Source of the DNA: Raja brachyura
Taxonomy: Eukaryota
Direction: 5' to 3'
DNA length: 64,000 nt
Assembly: GCA_963514005.1 (NCBI GenBank)
Contig: OY740805.1
Coordinates: 42,036,001 to 42,100,000, forward strand
Shown piece by piece: positions 49,187 through 61,600 of the stretch. Under the pieces are notes generated by a model. The model was given only the letters and a program-made list of their open reading frames with translations, ran no database searches and had not been told where the DNA came from. The stretch's first letter is position 1; every line of letters begins with the position of its first letter. Made by a program: the position numbers and the translations under genes.

Positions 49187-50168
49187 GTATTGGAATTCCT
49201 CACGGGCCTTCATTTTGATGAAGGACTCGGCTACAGTGCCAGCACTGCGCTATCAACCTGCCTCAATATTGGAGTGGGATCACACCAGCTGCTTTCTAAA
49301 TTAATGAGAGGTATTTTTAATACTAACCCTCCACGACCCAGATACAACATTGCCTGGGATGTAGGGGTGGTGTTGACCCTATTCAGGAGCTGGTCGCCCA
49401 TGATGGGGTTACCGCTAGACAGATTCAGCTATAAAGTGCTGATGTTGATGGCACTGACCACAGCTCAGCGGGTCCAGACCTTGCAGAAACTGAAATTGGA
49501 CAGAATGGTCTCGACCCCTGAGAAAGTAACCATCTTTATAGAGGAGTTACTAAAGCAGCATAGACCGGGATCTACAGGGCTGCAGCTGGAATTCCGTGCA
49601 TACCCTCACTGATGCCACCCTCTGCATAGCCACCCATCTACGGTACTACATCTAAGTCACACGCACCATCAGGAAGATGGAGCAGGGTCTATTCATCAGC
49701 CACATTAAACCAAATCACTGGGTGACGGTGCAGACTATCTCCAGGTGGCTCAGGGTGGTGTTGGGTGCAGCAGGTATTGATACTAACGTTTTTAAATCTC
49801 ATTCTACCTGGGCTGCATCCACATCAGCAGCGAGGACCATGGAGGTTCCCATGAATCATGTCCTCGCTACCGCGGGCTGGGCCAGTTAGACAACCTTTCA
49901 ACGGTTCTATAACAAGCCAATGGCCGCTCCCGCAACGTTTGCGGAATCAGTATTAAGTACCGTTCTGTAAAATACGTTATCTCCGAGTTAGCGGTTTATT
50001 ATTTGTATTAATAAATACTTATTATTTTTCAGCTTGTTCAAGTCTGAAATGCATTAACATACTTCCTCCATCATTAATTGCGGCAGTGTGAGAGCATGGA
50101 CGTGGTCCAGGGCATGGAATCACAGAGCTTTGAAATCTTCACAAAGTCACTCACGTGACTCCGAAGTC

Positions 50169-50468
50169 AAATAGTAAGATTAAATGAGAACTTACCAGTT
50201 TGAAGTTTGATGCTTATTTTATGAGGAGTTACAATGAGGGATTTCGTGCCCTCCGCTCCCAATCCTCCATCATAAGGTCAACTGGTATATTAGTGTCTCT
50301 TAATCTTACTATCTTCAGTCATTGTTGTTATCTGTGATTCCACACCGCTGCTTTGAAGAATGTCGCGCATGCGTGCTGGCGGGGTCTTCACGAAATCCCT
50401 CATCGTAACTCCTCTTAAAATAAGGATCAAACTTCAAACTGGTAAGTTCTCGTTTAATCTTACTATTT
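50169..50468 (+). repeat. DIRS 3' terminal inverted repeat pair (ICR/right-end), 80-bp arms 50169-50248 and 50389-50468
   Basis: AAATAGTAAGATTAAATGAGAACTTACCAGTTTGAAG.. versus ..CTTCAAACTGGTAAGTTCTCGTTTAATCTTACTATTT. Confidence 0.88.
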
Positions 50469-51741
50469 TAGACAATAGGTGCAGGAGTAGGTTATTCGGC
50501 CCTTCGAGCCAGCGCCGCCATTCACTGTGATCGTGAATGATCATGGCCAATCAGTACCCCGTTCCTGCCCTCTCCCCATATCCCCGACCGCTATCTTCAA
50601 GCTCTCTCTTGAAAGTATCCAGAGAACTCCACAGACTCACCACTCTCTGTGAGAAAAAGTTTATCCTCGTCTCCGTTCTAAATGCCTTACTCCTTATTCT
50701 TGAACTGTGGCCCCCAACATCGGGAACATGTTTCCTGCCTATAGTGTGTCCAAGCCCTTAATAATCTCAATCTTCCCCTCCCCCAATACCGTGACAGCAC
50801 TCGAACAACAGCCAGTCGCGGTTTTATTTTTAAATATAAGACTTTATTAGACGTTAAGTTAAAAGTGAAAAGACACAAACTGGAGCGGATCCACAAGTGG
50901 GGTGGGGGGGGGGGGGGGGAAGAGAATATCTGCGCCGCCATCGGGTCACAGACTGAAGCCCGCGATGTGCAAATTCCTGCCGTTAATGACGGCATTTTGA
51001 CCGGCTTTAGCGTCGCGCCCCGGACACTCCCTGGGGCACTGGTGGGGGGGTGAGGGGGCGATAGAGACCGGCTTTGTCCGACACTCCCTCGGGCACCGGT
51101 GGGGGGGGGGGGGGTGAGGGGGCGATAGAGACCGGCTTTGTCCCACACTCCCTGGGGCACCGGCTGGGGGTGGGAGGGGTCCCTGGAGCACAGTGGTGGG
51201 GGGCGATATTTTCTGACACTCCCTGAGGAGGGGGTGGAAGGGAGAGGGCTGTGTAGGGGGGGGGGGGGGGGTTGGAATACGGGTGGGTCGGGGAGGGAGG
51301 GGGTCGGAGGAGGGGAGGAGGGGATGAGGGTGGTTGAGGGAGGGTGTGGGGGAATGGGGTGTGGGGGCTAGTGGGGAATAGGGGGGTGGGTTGAGTGGAG
51401 GATGGGATGGGGCGCCCTACAGACAGGCCTGGGGTCCCAGCGAGGGAGAAGGGGTGGGGAATGGGTGTGGGAGGGGGGGGGGGGGGGAATAAAGGAGGGT
51501 TGTGGGGGAGGGGAAAGGCAGGGGTGGGGGTTTGGCAGTGGAGGGGGATAGCCGTGGGGGAGGAGGTGTAGATCGGTGGGGGAGGGAGTGGGTAGGGGAG
51601 TAGTTTGGGGATGGGTGGGTGGGGGGTTGGAGGAATAGGGGGGTGGGGGTCGTGAGGGAGGGGGTGGGACACGCCGCAGACAGGCCCCAGGCCTCAGCGG
51701 GTTTGACGCCCCGCCAGTGACCAGGACCCCGGCCTCTCCGC

Positions 51742-52038
51742 TCACTTGGTGTCGGTGCTGGGCCCGGGCCGTCTCCTGGCCGACCACAGCTGCCCGTGGA
51801 TGGTGAGCGCGTCCACGTTGGGCGAGAGGATCTTGGAGGGGATAAGGTGGAACTGCTTGTGGTCCGAGTTGTACTTGTACAGCCCCTCGATCATCTGCAG
51901 GTGGATCAGCTTGGGCCCGGTCCCCCACAGCCTGTGGATGTCGCCCGTGTCGGCGCTCAGTGAATACAGAGCGCGGAACTGGCAGCGATGGTCACGGAAC
52001 AGAATCACGCACTGGGCGTGTGCGCAGCGGACCAGCTC
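51742..52038 (-). CDS. CAMSAP-family terminal exon (CKK domain C-terminal part), copy A; gene appears 5'-truncated
   Basis: CAG|ELVRCAHAQCVILFRDHRCQFRALYSL..GTGPK..MIEGLYKYNSDHKQFHLIPSKILSPNVDALTIHGQLW..*, 297 bp open. Confidence 0.88.
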   Translation of the reverse strand, partial: ELVRCAHAQCVILFRDHRCQFRALYSLSADTGDIHRLWGTGPKLIHLQMIEGLYKYNSDHKQFHLIPSKILSPNVDALTIHGQLWSARRRPGPSTDTK

Positions 52039-52090
52039 CTGCGGGGAGGAGGGGAGAGGCGAGCGGTCACTGGGAGAGAGAGCTGATCAA

Positions 52091-53080
52091 GCGCCCAGTA
52101 ACCCGGACCCCAGCCCGGCCCAGCGCCCAGTAACCCCAACCCCAACCCGGCCCAGCGCCCAGCAACCCCAACCCCAACCCAGCCCAGCGCCCAGTAACCC
52201 CAACCCGGCCCAGCGCCCAGTAACCCCAACCCCAACCCGGCCCAGCGCCCAGCGCCCAGTAACCCCAAACCCAACCCGGCCCAGCGCACAGTAAACCCAA
52301 CCCCAACCCGGCCCAGCGCCCAGTAACCCCAACCCCAACCCCAACCCGGCCCAGCGCCCAGTAACCCCAACCCCAACCCGGCCCAGCGCCCAGTAACCCC
52401 AACCCCAATACGGCCCAGCGCCCAGTAACCCCAACCCCAACCCGGCGCCCAGTAACCCCAACCCGGCCCAGCGCCCAGTAACCCCAACCCCAACCCGGCC
52501 CAGCGCCCAGTAACCCCAACCCCAACCCCAACCCAGCCCAGCGCCCAGTAACCCCAACCCCAACCCCAACCCGGCCCAGCGCCCAGTAACCCCAACCCCA
52601 ACCCGGCCCAGCGCCCAGTAACCCCAACCCCAACCCGGCCCAGCGCCCAGTAACCCCAACCCCAACCCGGCCCAGCGCCCAGTAACCCCAACCCCAACCC
52701 CAACCCGGCCCAGCGCCCAGTAACCCCAACCCCAACCCGGCCCAGCGCCCAGTAACCCCAACCCCAACCCGGCCCAGCGCCCAGTAACCCCAACCCCAAC
52801 CCGGCCCAGCGCCCAGTAACCCCAACCCCAACCCGGCCCAGCGCCCAGTAACCCCAACCCCAACCCGGCCCAGCGCCCAGTAACCCCAACCCGGCCCAGC
52901 GCCCAGTAACCCCAACCCCAACCCGGCCCAGCGCCCAGTAACCCCAACCCGGCCCAGCGCCCAGTAACCCCAACCCCAACCCGGCCCAGCGCCCAGTAAC
53001 CCCAACCCCAACCGGGCCCAGCGCCCAGTAACCCCAACCCCAACCCCAACCCGGCCCAGCGCCCAGTAACCCGGACCCCA
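52091..53080. repeat. Intronic G-rich satellite: (GGGGTT)1-3 + ACTGGGCGCTGGGCCGGGTT on minus
   Basis: Directly visible. Mirrored at 56300-57470. Confidence 0.95.
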
Positions 53081-53670
53081 ACCCCCTCACCCCTTCCGTT
53101 CACTTCGCACCTCCCCTCCCACTCTCCCTCTCTTCCTCACTCCCTAAATCCTCCACCCTCTCCCCCAATCCCCCCCCTCGCCTCCCCTCCACTCCCTCTC
53201 CTTCTCTAATCCAGCTTCCCAATACCGCTCCCCTCCCTTCTCCAATCCTTCCCCCTCCCTATACTCCCCCGCCCTTCCCTCCTGTGGGGAGGGGGGCGGA
53301 GAGGTGACTGGTCACTGTGGAGAGACCCGGCCCTGCGCCATTTAACCCCCCCCCCCCTCCATCTCCCGCACCCCACGCGAATAAATGGGCGGGGCGGGGA
53401 GAGGGGAAGGGGGGGGGTGCGAAGATGGGAAGGAAAAGAGAGGGAGGGGGGAGATGGAAGGGAGGGGAAGGGGTGGGGAGGGGGAGATGGTGAGAGGGGA
53501 GGGAGATAGATCAGGGTGGGGAGAGGGGAGAGGGTTGGGAGAGGGGAGAGGGGCTGGCCCGGGGGAGGGGCAGATGGGGAGAGGGCAGGATGGGGAGAGG
53601 GGAGAGTAGGCAGTGGGTCGGACAGGGAAGAGAGAGAGGGGGGCGGGAGAGGGGGGGGGGGGGGGCTCAC

Positions 53671-53789
53671 CTCGATGACCCGGTCCTGCTGGGTTTCGTT
53701 CACCTTCCCCGCCAGACCGCAGTAGGTGAGCGCGTTGTGCAGGATCAGCCGGTTGGACTTGGTGCTCGGCTCCTTAAACAGCTTTAGGC
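53671..53789 (-). CDS. CAMSAP-family penultimate exon (CKK domain N-terminal part)
   Basis: CAG|GLKLFKEPSTKSNRLILHNALTYCGLAGKVNETQQDRVIE|GTGAG, 119 bp. Phase 0 joins exon 52038. Confidence 0.88.
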
Positions 53790-53940
53790 CTGGGCGGGGA
53801 CACAAGGGGTCAAACAGCAGCGGAAATCCCACCCCCTTCAACCTCTCCTCCCCTCCTTAATCCCTGCCCCTATCACCCTCCCCTCCTCACCTCCCCAACT
53901 CCCCCCCTCCTTCCCACCTCCCCCTCCCCCTCCCCGGTAC

Positions 53941-54058
53941 CTGACGACTCTGTGGGCGGCGGCGCCGTGATCCGTTCGCAGTCTCTCCGCGGCCGCTGCT
54001 TCGCTCCCGGCTCCGCCTGCTCGCGTCTAGACGGTGGGGAGACGGCGGACGGTCAGGA
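53941..54058 (-). pseudogene. Probable upstream CAMSAP exon with frameshift
   Basis: CTCCAG|..|GTAC. Begins SPDRPPSPHRL in one frame and ends RDCERITAPPPTESS-G in another. The terminal frame has a stop at codon 2. Confidence 0.45.
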
Positions 54059-54824
54059 CTGGAGCGCGGGGGGAGGGGGGAGCGTAACAGGACGAGGGGC
54101 TCGCCCCCCTCTCTCGTCCCCACCTCCCCCTCCTCCCCCCCCCTCGTCCCCACCTCCCCCCCCTCGTCCCCACCTCCCCCCCCCTCGTCCCCACCCCCCC
54201 CCCCCTCGTCCCCACCTCCCCCCCCCCCTCGTCCCCACCTCCCCCCCCCTCGTCCCCACCTCCCCCCCCCTCGTCCCCACCTCCCCCCCCCTCGTCCCCA
54301 CCTCCCCCCCCTCGTCCCCACCTCCCCCCCCTTGTCCCCCACCACTGTGACTATAAATACACTCCCTTCCTCGCCAACCCCGCTCCGCACACTCACCCCC
54401 CCCCCCCCCCCCCCGCCGTGACCAAATCCCAGACCCCCCCCCCCTCCACCCACCAGCACTGCGTATCCCTCCCCCGCCCTCGCGTATCTCTACATCCCCC
54501 TCATCTCCAAACTGCCCCCCCCCCACCACCACCACTGCATGTCACTCCCCCGCCCTCGCGAATTCCCATCCACCCTCCAAACTGCCCCCCCCCCCGGTGG
54601 GCCTAACCCCGGGGCCCCCTCACTCCGGCGGAGGGTCCGCGCCGCACTCACCGACCCTCTCCCCGCCTGTGCCGCGGCGCCGCCTCCTGCGGGCCGGTGT
54701 GGGGACCGGGAGCCGCAGCGTCGGCCGCCTCGGCGAGATCACCTGGAGAGGGGAGAGGATGGTGAAACCCCCCTCGTCGTCTCCCCCCAAACAATCCCAC
54801 TATCCTCCCCCCCCTCCTCCATCA

Positions 54825-55770
54825 CGTCGTACCAGCTTCCGCATCTGCACCCAGGATGAGGTGTTCCACACCAGGGCATCGGAGATGTCCTCATTCTTCA
54901 AGGAAAGGGGGTCCCCTCTTCTACGATTGACCAGGCTCTCACCAGGGTATCTTCTATACTCCGTAGCTCTGCTCTCACCCCACTCGTAACAAGGGCAGAC
55001 CCCCTCTCGTCCAACACCTCCGCTCCGTTCGCAACAACCAGCCTGCTGTCCCGGTGGCTCAGCTCTTCAAATCCCCCTCCCATTCCGAAGCCGACCTCTC
55101 TGTCCTGGGCCTCTTCCATGGCCAGAGTGTGGCCCACGGCAGATTGGAGGAGCAGCACCTCATATTTCGTTAAGGTATTCCGATGCGGCCGAGGTTGCGG
55201 CTCCTGGGCCGCGGGCCCCATACACCCTGACTCCGTTATCTTTAAGAGCCCTATCTAGTCCTCTCTTGAATGTATCCAGAGAACCTGCCCCCATCGCCCT
55301 CTGAGGCAGAGAATTCCACAGACTGATTCCTGGGATGTCAGGACTTTCATATGAGGAAAGATTGGATAGACTCGGCTTGTACTCGCTGGAATTTAGAAGA
55401 TTGAGGGGGGATCTTATAGAAACTTACAGAATTCTTAAGGGGTTGGACAAGCTAGATGCTGGAAGATTGTTCCCGATGTTGGGGGAGTCCAGAACAAGGG
55501 GTCACAGTCTAAGGATAAGGGGGAATTCCTTTAGGACCGAGATGAGGAAAACATTCTTTACACAGAGTGGTGAGTCTCTGGAATTCTCTGCCACAGAGGG
55601 TAGTTGAGGCCAGTTCATTGGCTATATTTAAGAGGGAGTTAGATGTGGCCCTTGTGGCTAAGGGGATCAGGGGGTATGGAGAGAAGGCAGGTACGGGATA
55701 CTGAGTTGGATGATCAGCCATGATCATATTGAATGGCGGTGAACGCTCGAAGGGCCGAATGGCCTACTCC
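54825..55770 (+). mobile_element. Penelope remnant (54825-55170) and CR1 fragments (55200-55770)
   Basis: RICTQDEVFHTRASEMSSFF; GLSYEERLDRLGLYSLEFRRLRGDLIE. Confidence 0.8.
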
Positions 55771-56299
55771 NNNNNNNNNNNNNNNNNNNNNNNNNNNNNN
55801 NNNNNNNNNNNNNNNNNNNNNNNNNNNNNNNNNNNNNNNNNNNNNNNNNNNNNNNNNNNNNNNNNNNNNNNNNNNNNNNNNNNNNNNNNNNNNNNNNNNN
55901 NNNNNNNNNNNNNNNNNNNNNNNNNNNNNNNNNNNNNNNNNNNNNNNNNNNNNNNNNNNNNNNNNNNNNNCCCCGCCCCGCCCATTTATTCGCGTGGGGT
56001 GCGGGAGATGGAGGGGGGGGGGGGTTAAATGGCGCAGGGCCGGGTCTCTCAACAGTGACCAGTCACCTCTCCGCCCCCCTCCCCACAGGAGGGAAGGGCG
56101 GGGGAGTATAGGGAGGGGGAAGGATTGGAGAAGGGAGGGGAGGGGTATTGGGGAGCTGGATTAGAGAAGGAGAGGGAGTGGAGGGGAGGCGAGGGGGATT
56201 GGAGGGGGGGGGGGATTGGGGGGAGAGGGAGAGACGGTGGAGGATTTAGGGAGTGAGGAAGAGTGGGAGGGGAGGTGCGAAGTGAACGGAGGGTTGAGG

Positions 56300-57470
56300 G
56301 GGTTGGGGTCCGGGTTACTGGGCGCTGGGTTGGGGTTGGGGTTCGGGTTACTGGGCGCTGGGTTGGTGTTGGGGTTGGGGTTACTGGGCGCTGGGCCGGG
56401 TTGGGGTTACTGGGCGCTGGGCCGGGTTGGGGTTGGGGTTACTGGGCGCTGGGCCGGGTTGGGGTTACTGGGCGCTGGGTTGGGGTTGGGGTTACTGGGC
56501 GCTGGGCCGGGTTGGGGTTGGGGTTCAGGTTACTGGGCGCTGGGCCGGGTTGGGGTTGGGGTTACTGGGCTCTGGGCCAGGTTGGGGTTGGGGTTACTGG
56601 TCTCTGGGCCGGGTTGGGGTTGGGGTTGGGGAACTGGGCGCTGGGCCGGGTTGGGGTTACTGGGCGCTGGGCTGGGCCGGGTTGGGGTTACTGGGCGCTG
56701 GGCCGGGTTGGGGTTGGGGTTACTGGGCGCTGGGCCGGGATGGGGTTGGGGTTACTGGGCGCTGGGCTGGGCCGGGTTGGGGTTGGGGTTACTGGGCGCT
56801 GGGCCGGGTTGGGGTTACTGGGCGCTGGGCCGGGTTGGGGTTGGGGTTACTGGGCGCTGGGCCGGGTTGGGGTTGGGGTTGGGGTTACTGGGCGCTGGGC
56901 CGGGTTGGGGTTGGGGTTGCTTGGCGCTGGGCCGGGTTGGGGTTGGGGTTACTGGGCGCTGGGCCGGGTTGGGGTTGGGGTTACTGGGCGCTGGGCCGGG
57001 TTGGGGTTGGGGTTGGGGTTACTGGGCGCTGGGCCGGGTTGGGGTTGGGGTTACTGGGCGCTGGGCCGGGTTGGGGTTGGGGTTGGGGTTACTGGGCGCT
57101 GGGCCGGGTTGGGGTTGGGGTTGGGGTTACTGGGCACTGGGCCGGGTTGGGGTTGGGATTACTGGGCGCTGGGCTGGGTTGGGGTTACTGGGCGCTGGGC
57201 TGGGTTGGGGTTGGGGTTACTGGGCGCTGGGCCGGGTTGGGGTTACTGGGCGCTGGGCTGGGTTGGGGTTGGGGTTACTGGGCGCTGGGCCGGGTTGGGG
57301 TTACTGGGCGCTGGGCTGGGTTGGGGTTGGGGTTACTGGGCGCTGGGCCGGGTTGGGGTTACTGGGCGCTGGGCCGGGTTGGGGTTGGGGTTACTGGGCG
57401 CTGGGCTGGGCTAGGTTGGGGTTGGGGTTACTGGGCGCTGGGCCGGGCTGGGGTCCGGGTTACTGGGCGC
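56300..57470. repeat. GGGGTT-rich satellite, copy B
   Basis: Reverse complement of 52091-53080, longer. Confidence 0.95.
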
Positions 57471-57522
57471 TTGACCAGCTCTCTCTCCCAGTGACCGCTC
57501 GCCTCTCCGCTCCTCCCCGCAG

Positions 57523-57825
57523 GAGCTGGTCCGCTGCGCACACGCCCAGTGCGTGATTCTGTTCCGTGACCATCGCTGCCAGTTCCGCGCTCTGCATTCA
57601 CTGAGCGCCGACACGGGCGACATCCACAGGCTGTGGGGGACCGGGCCCAAGCTGATCCACCTGCAGATGATCGAGGGGCTCTACAAGTACAACTCGGACC
57701 ACAAGCAGTTCCACCTCATCCCCTCCAAGATCCTCTCGCCCAACGTGGACGCACTCACCATCCACGGGCAGCTGTGGTCGGCCAGGAGACGGCCCGGGCC
57801 CGGGCCCAGCACCGACACCAAGTGA
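57523..57825 (+). CDS. CAMSAP-family terminal CKK exon, copy B
   Basis: CAG| acceptor, 303 bp open. Differs from copy A by Y>H and a 2-codon duplication. Confidence 0.8.
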   Translation, partial: ELVRCAHAQCVILFRDHRCQFRALHSLSADTGDIHRLWGTGPKLIHLQMIEGLYKYNSDHKQFHLIPSKILSPNVDALTIHGQLWSARRRPGPGPSTDTK

Positions 57826-58618
57826 GCGGAGAGGCCGGGGTCCTGTTCACTGGCGGGGCGTCAAACCCGCTGAGGCCTGGGGCGTGTCCCACCCCCTCCC
57901 TCACGGCCCCCACCCCCCTATTCCTCCAACCCCCCACCCACCCATCCCCAAACTACTCCCCTACCCACTCCCTCCCCCACCGATCTACACCTCCTCCTAC
58001 ACGGCTATCCCCCTCCACTGCCAAACCCCCACCCCTGCCTCTCCCCTCCCCCACAAGCCTCCTTTATTCCCCCCCCCCCTCCCACACCCATTCCCCACCC
58101 CCTCTCCCTCGCTGGGACCCCAGGCCGGTCTGTGGTGTGCCCCATCCCATCCTCCACTCAACCCACACCCCTATTCCCCACTAGCCCCCACACGCCATTC
58201 CCCCACACCCTCCCTCAACCACCCTCATCCCCTCCTCCCCTCCTCCGACCCCCACCCTCCCCGACCCACCCGTATTCCAACCCCCCCCCCCCTACACAGC
58301 CCTCTCCCTTCCACCCCCTCCTCAGGGTAGTGTCAGAAAATATCGCCCCGCACCACTGTGTTCCAGGGACCCCTCCCACCCCCAGCCGGTGCCCCAGGGA
58401 GTGTCGGACAAAGCCGGTCTCTATCGCAGAGACCGGCTCACAGAGTGGTGAGTCTGTGGAGTTCTCTGGATACTTTCAAGAGAGAGCTTGGAGATAGCGG
58501 TCGGGGATATGGGAGAGGGCAGGAACGGGGTACTGATTGGCGATGATCATTCACGATCACAGTGAATGGCGGCGCTGGCTCGAAGGGCCGAATAACCCAC
58601 TCCTGCACCTATTGTCTA

Positions 58619-61600
58619 AAATAGTAAGATTAAACGAGAACTTACCAGTTTGAAGTTTGATCTTTATTTTATGAGGAGTTACGATGAGGGATTTCGTGAA
58701 GACCCCGCCAGCACGCATGCGCGACATTCTTCAAAACAGCGGTGTGGAATCACAGATAACAACAATGACTGAAGATAGTAAGATTAAGAGACACTAATAT
58801 ACCAGTTGACCTTATGATAGAGGATTGGGAGCGGAGGGCACAAAATCCCTCATTGTAACTCCTCATAAATTAAGGATCAAACTTCAAACTGGTAAGTTCT
58901 CATTTAATCTTACTATTTGACTTCGGAGTCACGTGAGTGACTTTGTGAAGATTTCAAAGCTCTGTGATTCCATGCCCTGGACCACGTCCATGCTCTCACA
59001 CTGCCACAATTACTGATGGAGGAAGTATGTTAATGCATTTCAGACTTGAACAAGCTGAAAAATAATAAGTATTTATTAATACAAATAATAAACCCCTAAC
59101 TCGGGGATAACGTATTTTACAGAACGGTACTTAATACTGATTCCGCAAACATTGCGGGAGCGGCCATTGGCTTGTTATAGAACCGTTGAAAGGTTGTCTA
59201 ACTGGCCCAGCCCGCGGTAGCGAGGACATGATTCATGGGAACCTCCATGGTCCTAGCTGCTGATGTGGATGCAGCCCAGGTAGAATGAGATTTAAAAACG
59301 TTAGTATCAATACCTGCTGCACCCAACACCACCCTGAGCCACCTGGAGATAGTCTGCACCATCACCCGGTGATGTGGTTTAATGTGGCTGATGAATAGAC
59401 CCTGCTCCATCTTCCTGATGGTGCGTGTGGCTTAGATGTAGTACCGTAGATGAGTGGCTATGCAGAGGGTGGCATCAGTGGGGGTATGCACTGAATTCCA
59501 GCTGCAGCCCTGTAGATCCCGGTCTATGCTGCTTTAGTAACTCCTCTATAAAGATGGTTACTTTCTCAGCGGTCGAGACCATACTGTCCAATTTTAGTTT
59601 CTGCAAGGTCTGGACCCGCTGAGCTGTGGTCAGTGCCATCAACATCAGCACTTTATAGCTGAATCTGTCTAGCGGTAACCCCATCATGGGCGACCAGCTC
59701 CTGAATAGGGTCAACACCACCCCTACATCCCAGGCAATGTTGTATCTGGGTCGTGGAGGGTTAGTATTAAAAATACCCCTCATGAATTTAGACACTAGCT
59801 GGTGTGATCCCACTCCAATATTCAGGTAGGTTGATAGCGCACTGCTGGCACTGTAGCTGAGTCCTTCATCAAAATGAAGGCCCGCGAGGAATTCCGATAC
59901 ATATAACATATAACAATTACAGCACGGAAACAGGCCATCTCGGCCCTTCAAGTCCGTGCCGAACAACCTTTTTCCCTTTAGTCCCACCTGCCTGCACTCA
60001 TACCATAACCCTCCATACCCTTCTCATCCATATGCCTATCCAATTTATTTTTAAATGATATCAACGAACCTGCCGCCACCACTTCCACTGGAAGCTCATT
60101 CCACACCGCTACCACTCTCTGAGTAAAGAAGTTCCCCCTCATGTTACCCCTAAACCTCTGTCCCTTAATTCTAAAGTCATGTCCTCTTGTTTGAATCTTC
60201 CCTATTCTCAAAAGGAAAAGCTTGTCCACATCAACTCTGTCTATCCCTCTCATCATTTTAAAGACCTCTATCAAGTCCCCCCTTAACCTTCTGCGCTCCA
60301 GAGAATAAAGACCTAATTTATTCAACCTATCTCTGTAACTTAGCTGTTGAAACCCAGGCAACATTCTAATAAATCTCCTCTGTACCTTCTCTATTTTGTT
60401 GACATCCTTCCTATAATTGGGCGACCAAAATTGTACACCATACTCCAGATTTGGTCTCACCAATGCCTTGTACAATTTTAACATTACATCCCAGCTTCTA
60501 TACTCAATGCTCTGATTTATAAAGGCTAGCATACCAAAAGCTTTCTTTACCACCCTATCTATATGAGATTCCACCTTCAAGGAACTATGCACGGTTATTC
60601 CCAGATCCCTCTGTTTAACTGTATTCTTCAATTCCCTACCGTCAGGGATCGTGGCAGAGTTGTAGGTTGTCTTCGTCCGACTGCAGTAGGCTTCCCACTT
60701 CCTGATTTGGGTTAGGTGCTGCTTCCTGGTAGATACTCTGCACGATGCCGTAATGATGTCCATGGCCCTGGATGACAGTCCGAACTCCAGCAGTGGCCTC
60801 TTCAGAACCTGCAAGCCAACAGGTTCAGATGACCATGGCACGGATGACTCTCCCCAGTGATGGGGTTAGTGACCAAATTTGGGCTTTTGGTAATTTGTAA
60901 CCATGGAACTTTTAACATATGGAGGACCAGCGGGTACCATGGTTGTGTGGGCCAGTCAGGTATTATCAGAATGCCTGATGCAGAATCCAGTTCAATTTTC
61001 TGCAATACCCGACTGATGAGGCAGAATGGGGGAAATGCATTGCAAAAGCATTTCCCCCAATGGAGAGAAAATGCATCGATTGCCACTGCCCCAGGATCTG
61101 GTTCCCAAGAGACATATGTTGGTATCTGATGGTTCAACCTGGACGTAAAGAGGTCGATATCTGGTGTTCCAAATTTAGCTATAATTTCAGCAAATATTTG
61201 GGGGTTCAACATCCACTCGATGTTGTCATTGAATACTCGTGACCTGGTGTCCGCCACTGTATTGAGCTTACCCGGAAGGTAAGTGGCTGATATCCAAATA
61301 TTTATTTCAATACACCAGAGCCAGATTGTATTTGCCAATTCATCACAAGATACTAACCTGATACCACCCATATGGTTTAAATATGCCACCACAGTGGTAT
61401 TATCCATTTGAAGGCGGACATGCGTATGATGTAAATTTGTGCAGTAAGCCCGCAGCCCGTGAAATGCTCCCAGCATTTCCAAACAGTTTATACCTTGTGA
61501 TTGAAGAAGGGTAGACTCGTGAGAATCCCTTCCGCCGCCACCACTGGAAGTGGTGTCTGTAGCTCCCCAGCCTTGGGCGCTTGCGTCGGTTTGTAACACG

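Larger units (their letters stand above)
41567..50468 (+). mobile_element. DIRS1-type tyrosine-recombinase retrotransposon, copy A (defective; left end not seen; three nested insertions)
   Basis: gag-like (about 42400-44221), RT (VGGRL..IDLKDAY..YLGDILI), RNase H (LQTDASAQGWG, DNTTVVAYLN), methyltransferase (DIDLF..YAFPPF), recombinase (AQRVQTL, KSHSTW, AGW..FY), 3' inverted repeat. Confidence 0.93.

Noticed and set aside
56300-57470. Interstitial telomere or chromosome fusion site
   Set aside because: The hexamer is GGGGTT, not TTAGGG, and it is embedded in a longer intronic unit.
52005-57556. Gly/Trp-rich 314-446 aa ORFs
   Set aside because: Translations of the GGGGTT satellite in all frames.
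59978-60841. 287-aa recombinase-CR1 RT fusion ORF
   Set aside because: Chance in-frame junction of a CR1 insertion. It lacks both catalytic cores and is frameshifted in arm A.
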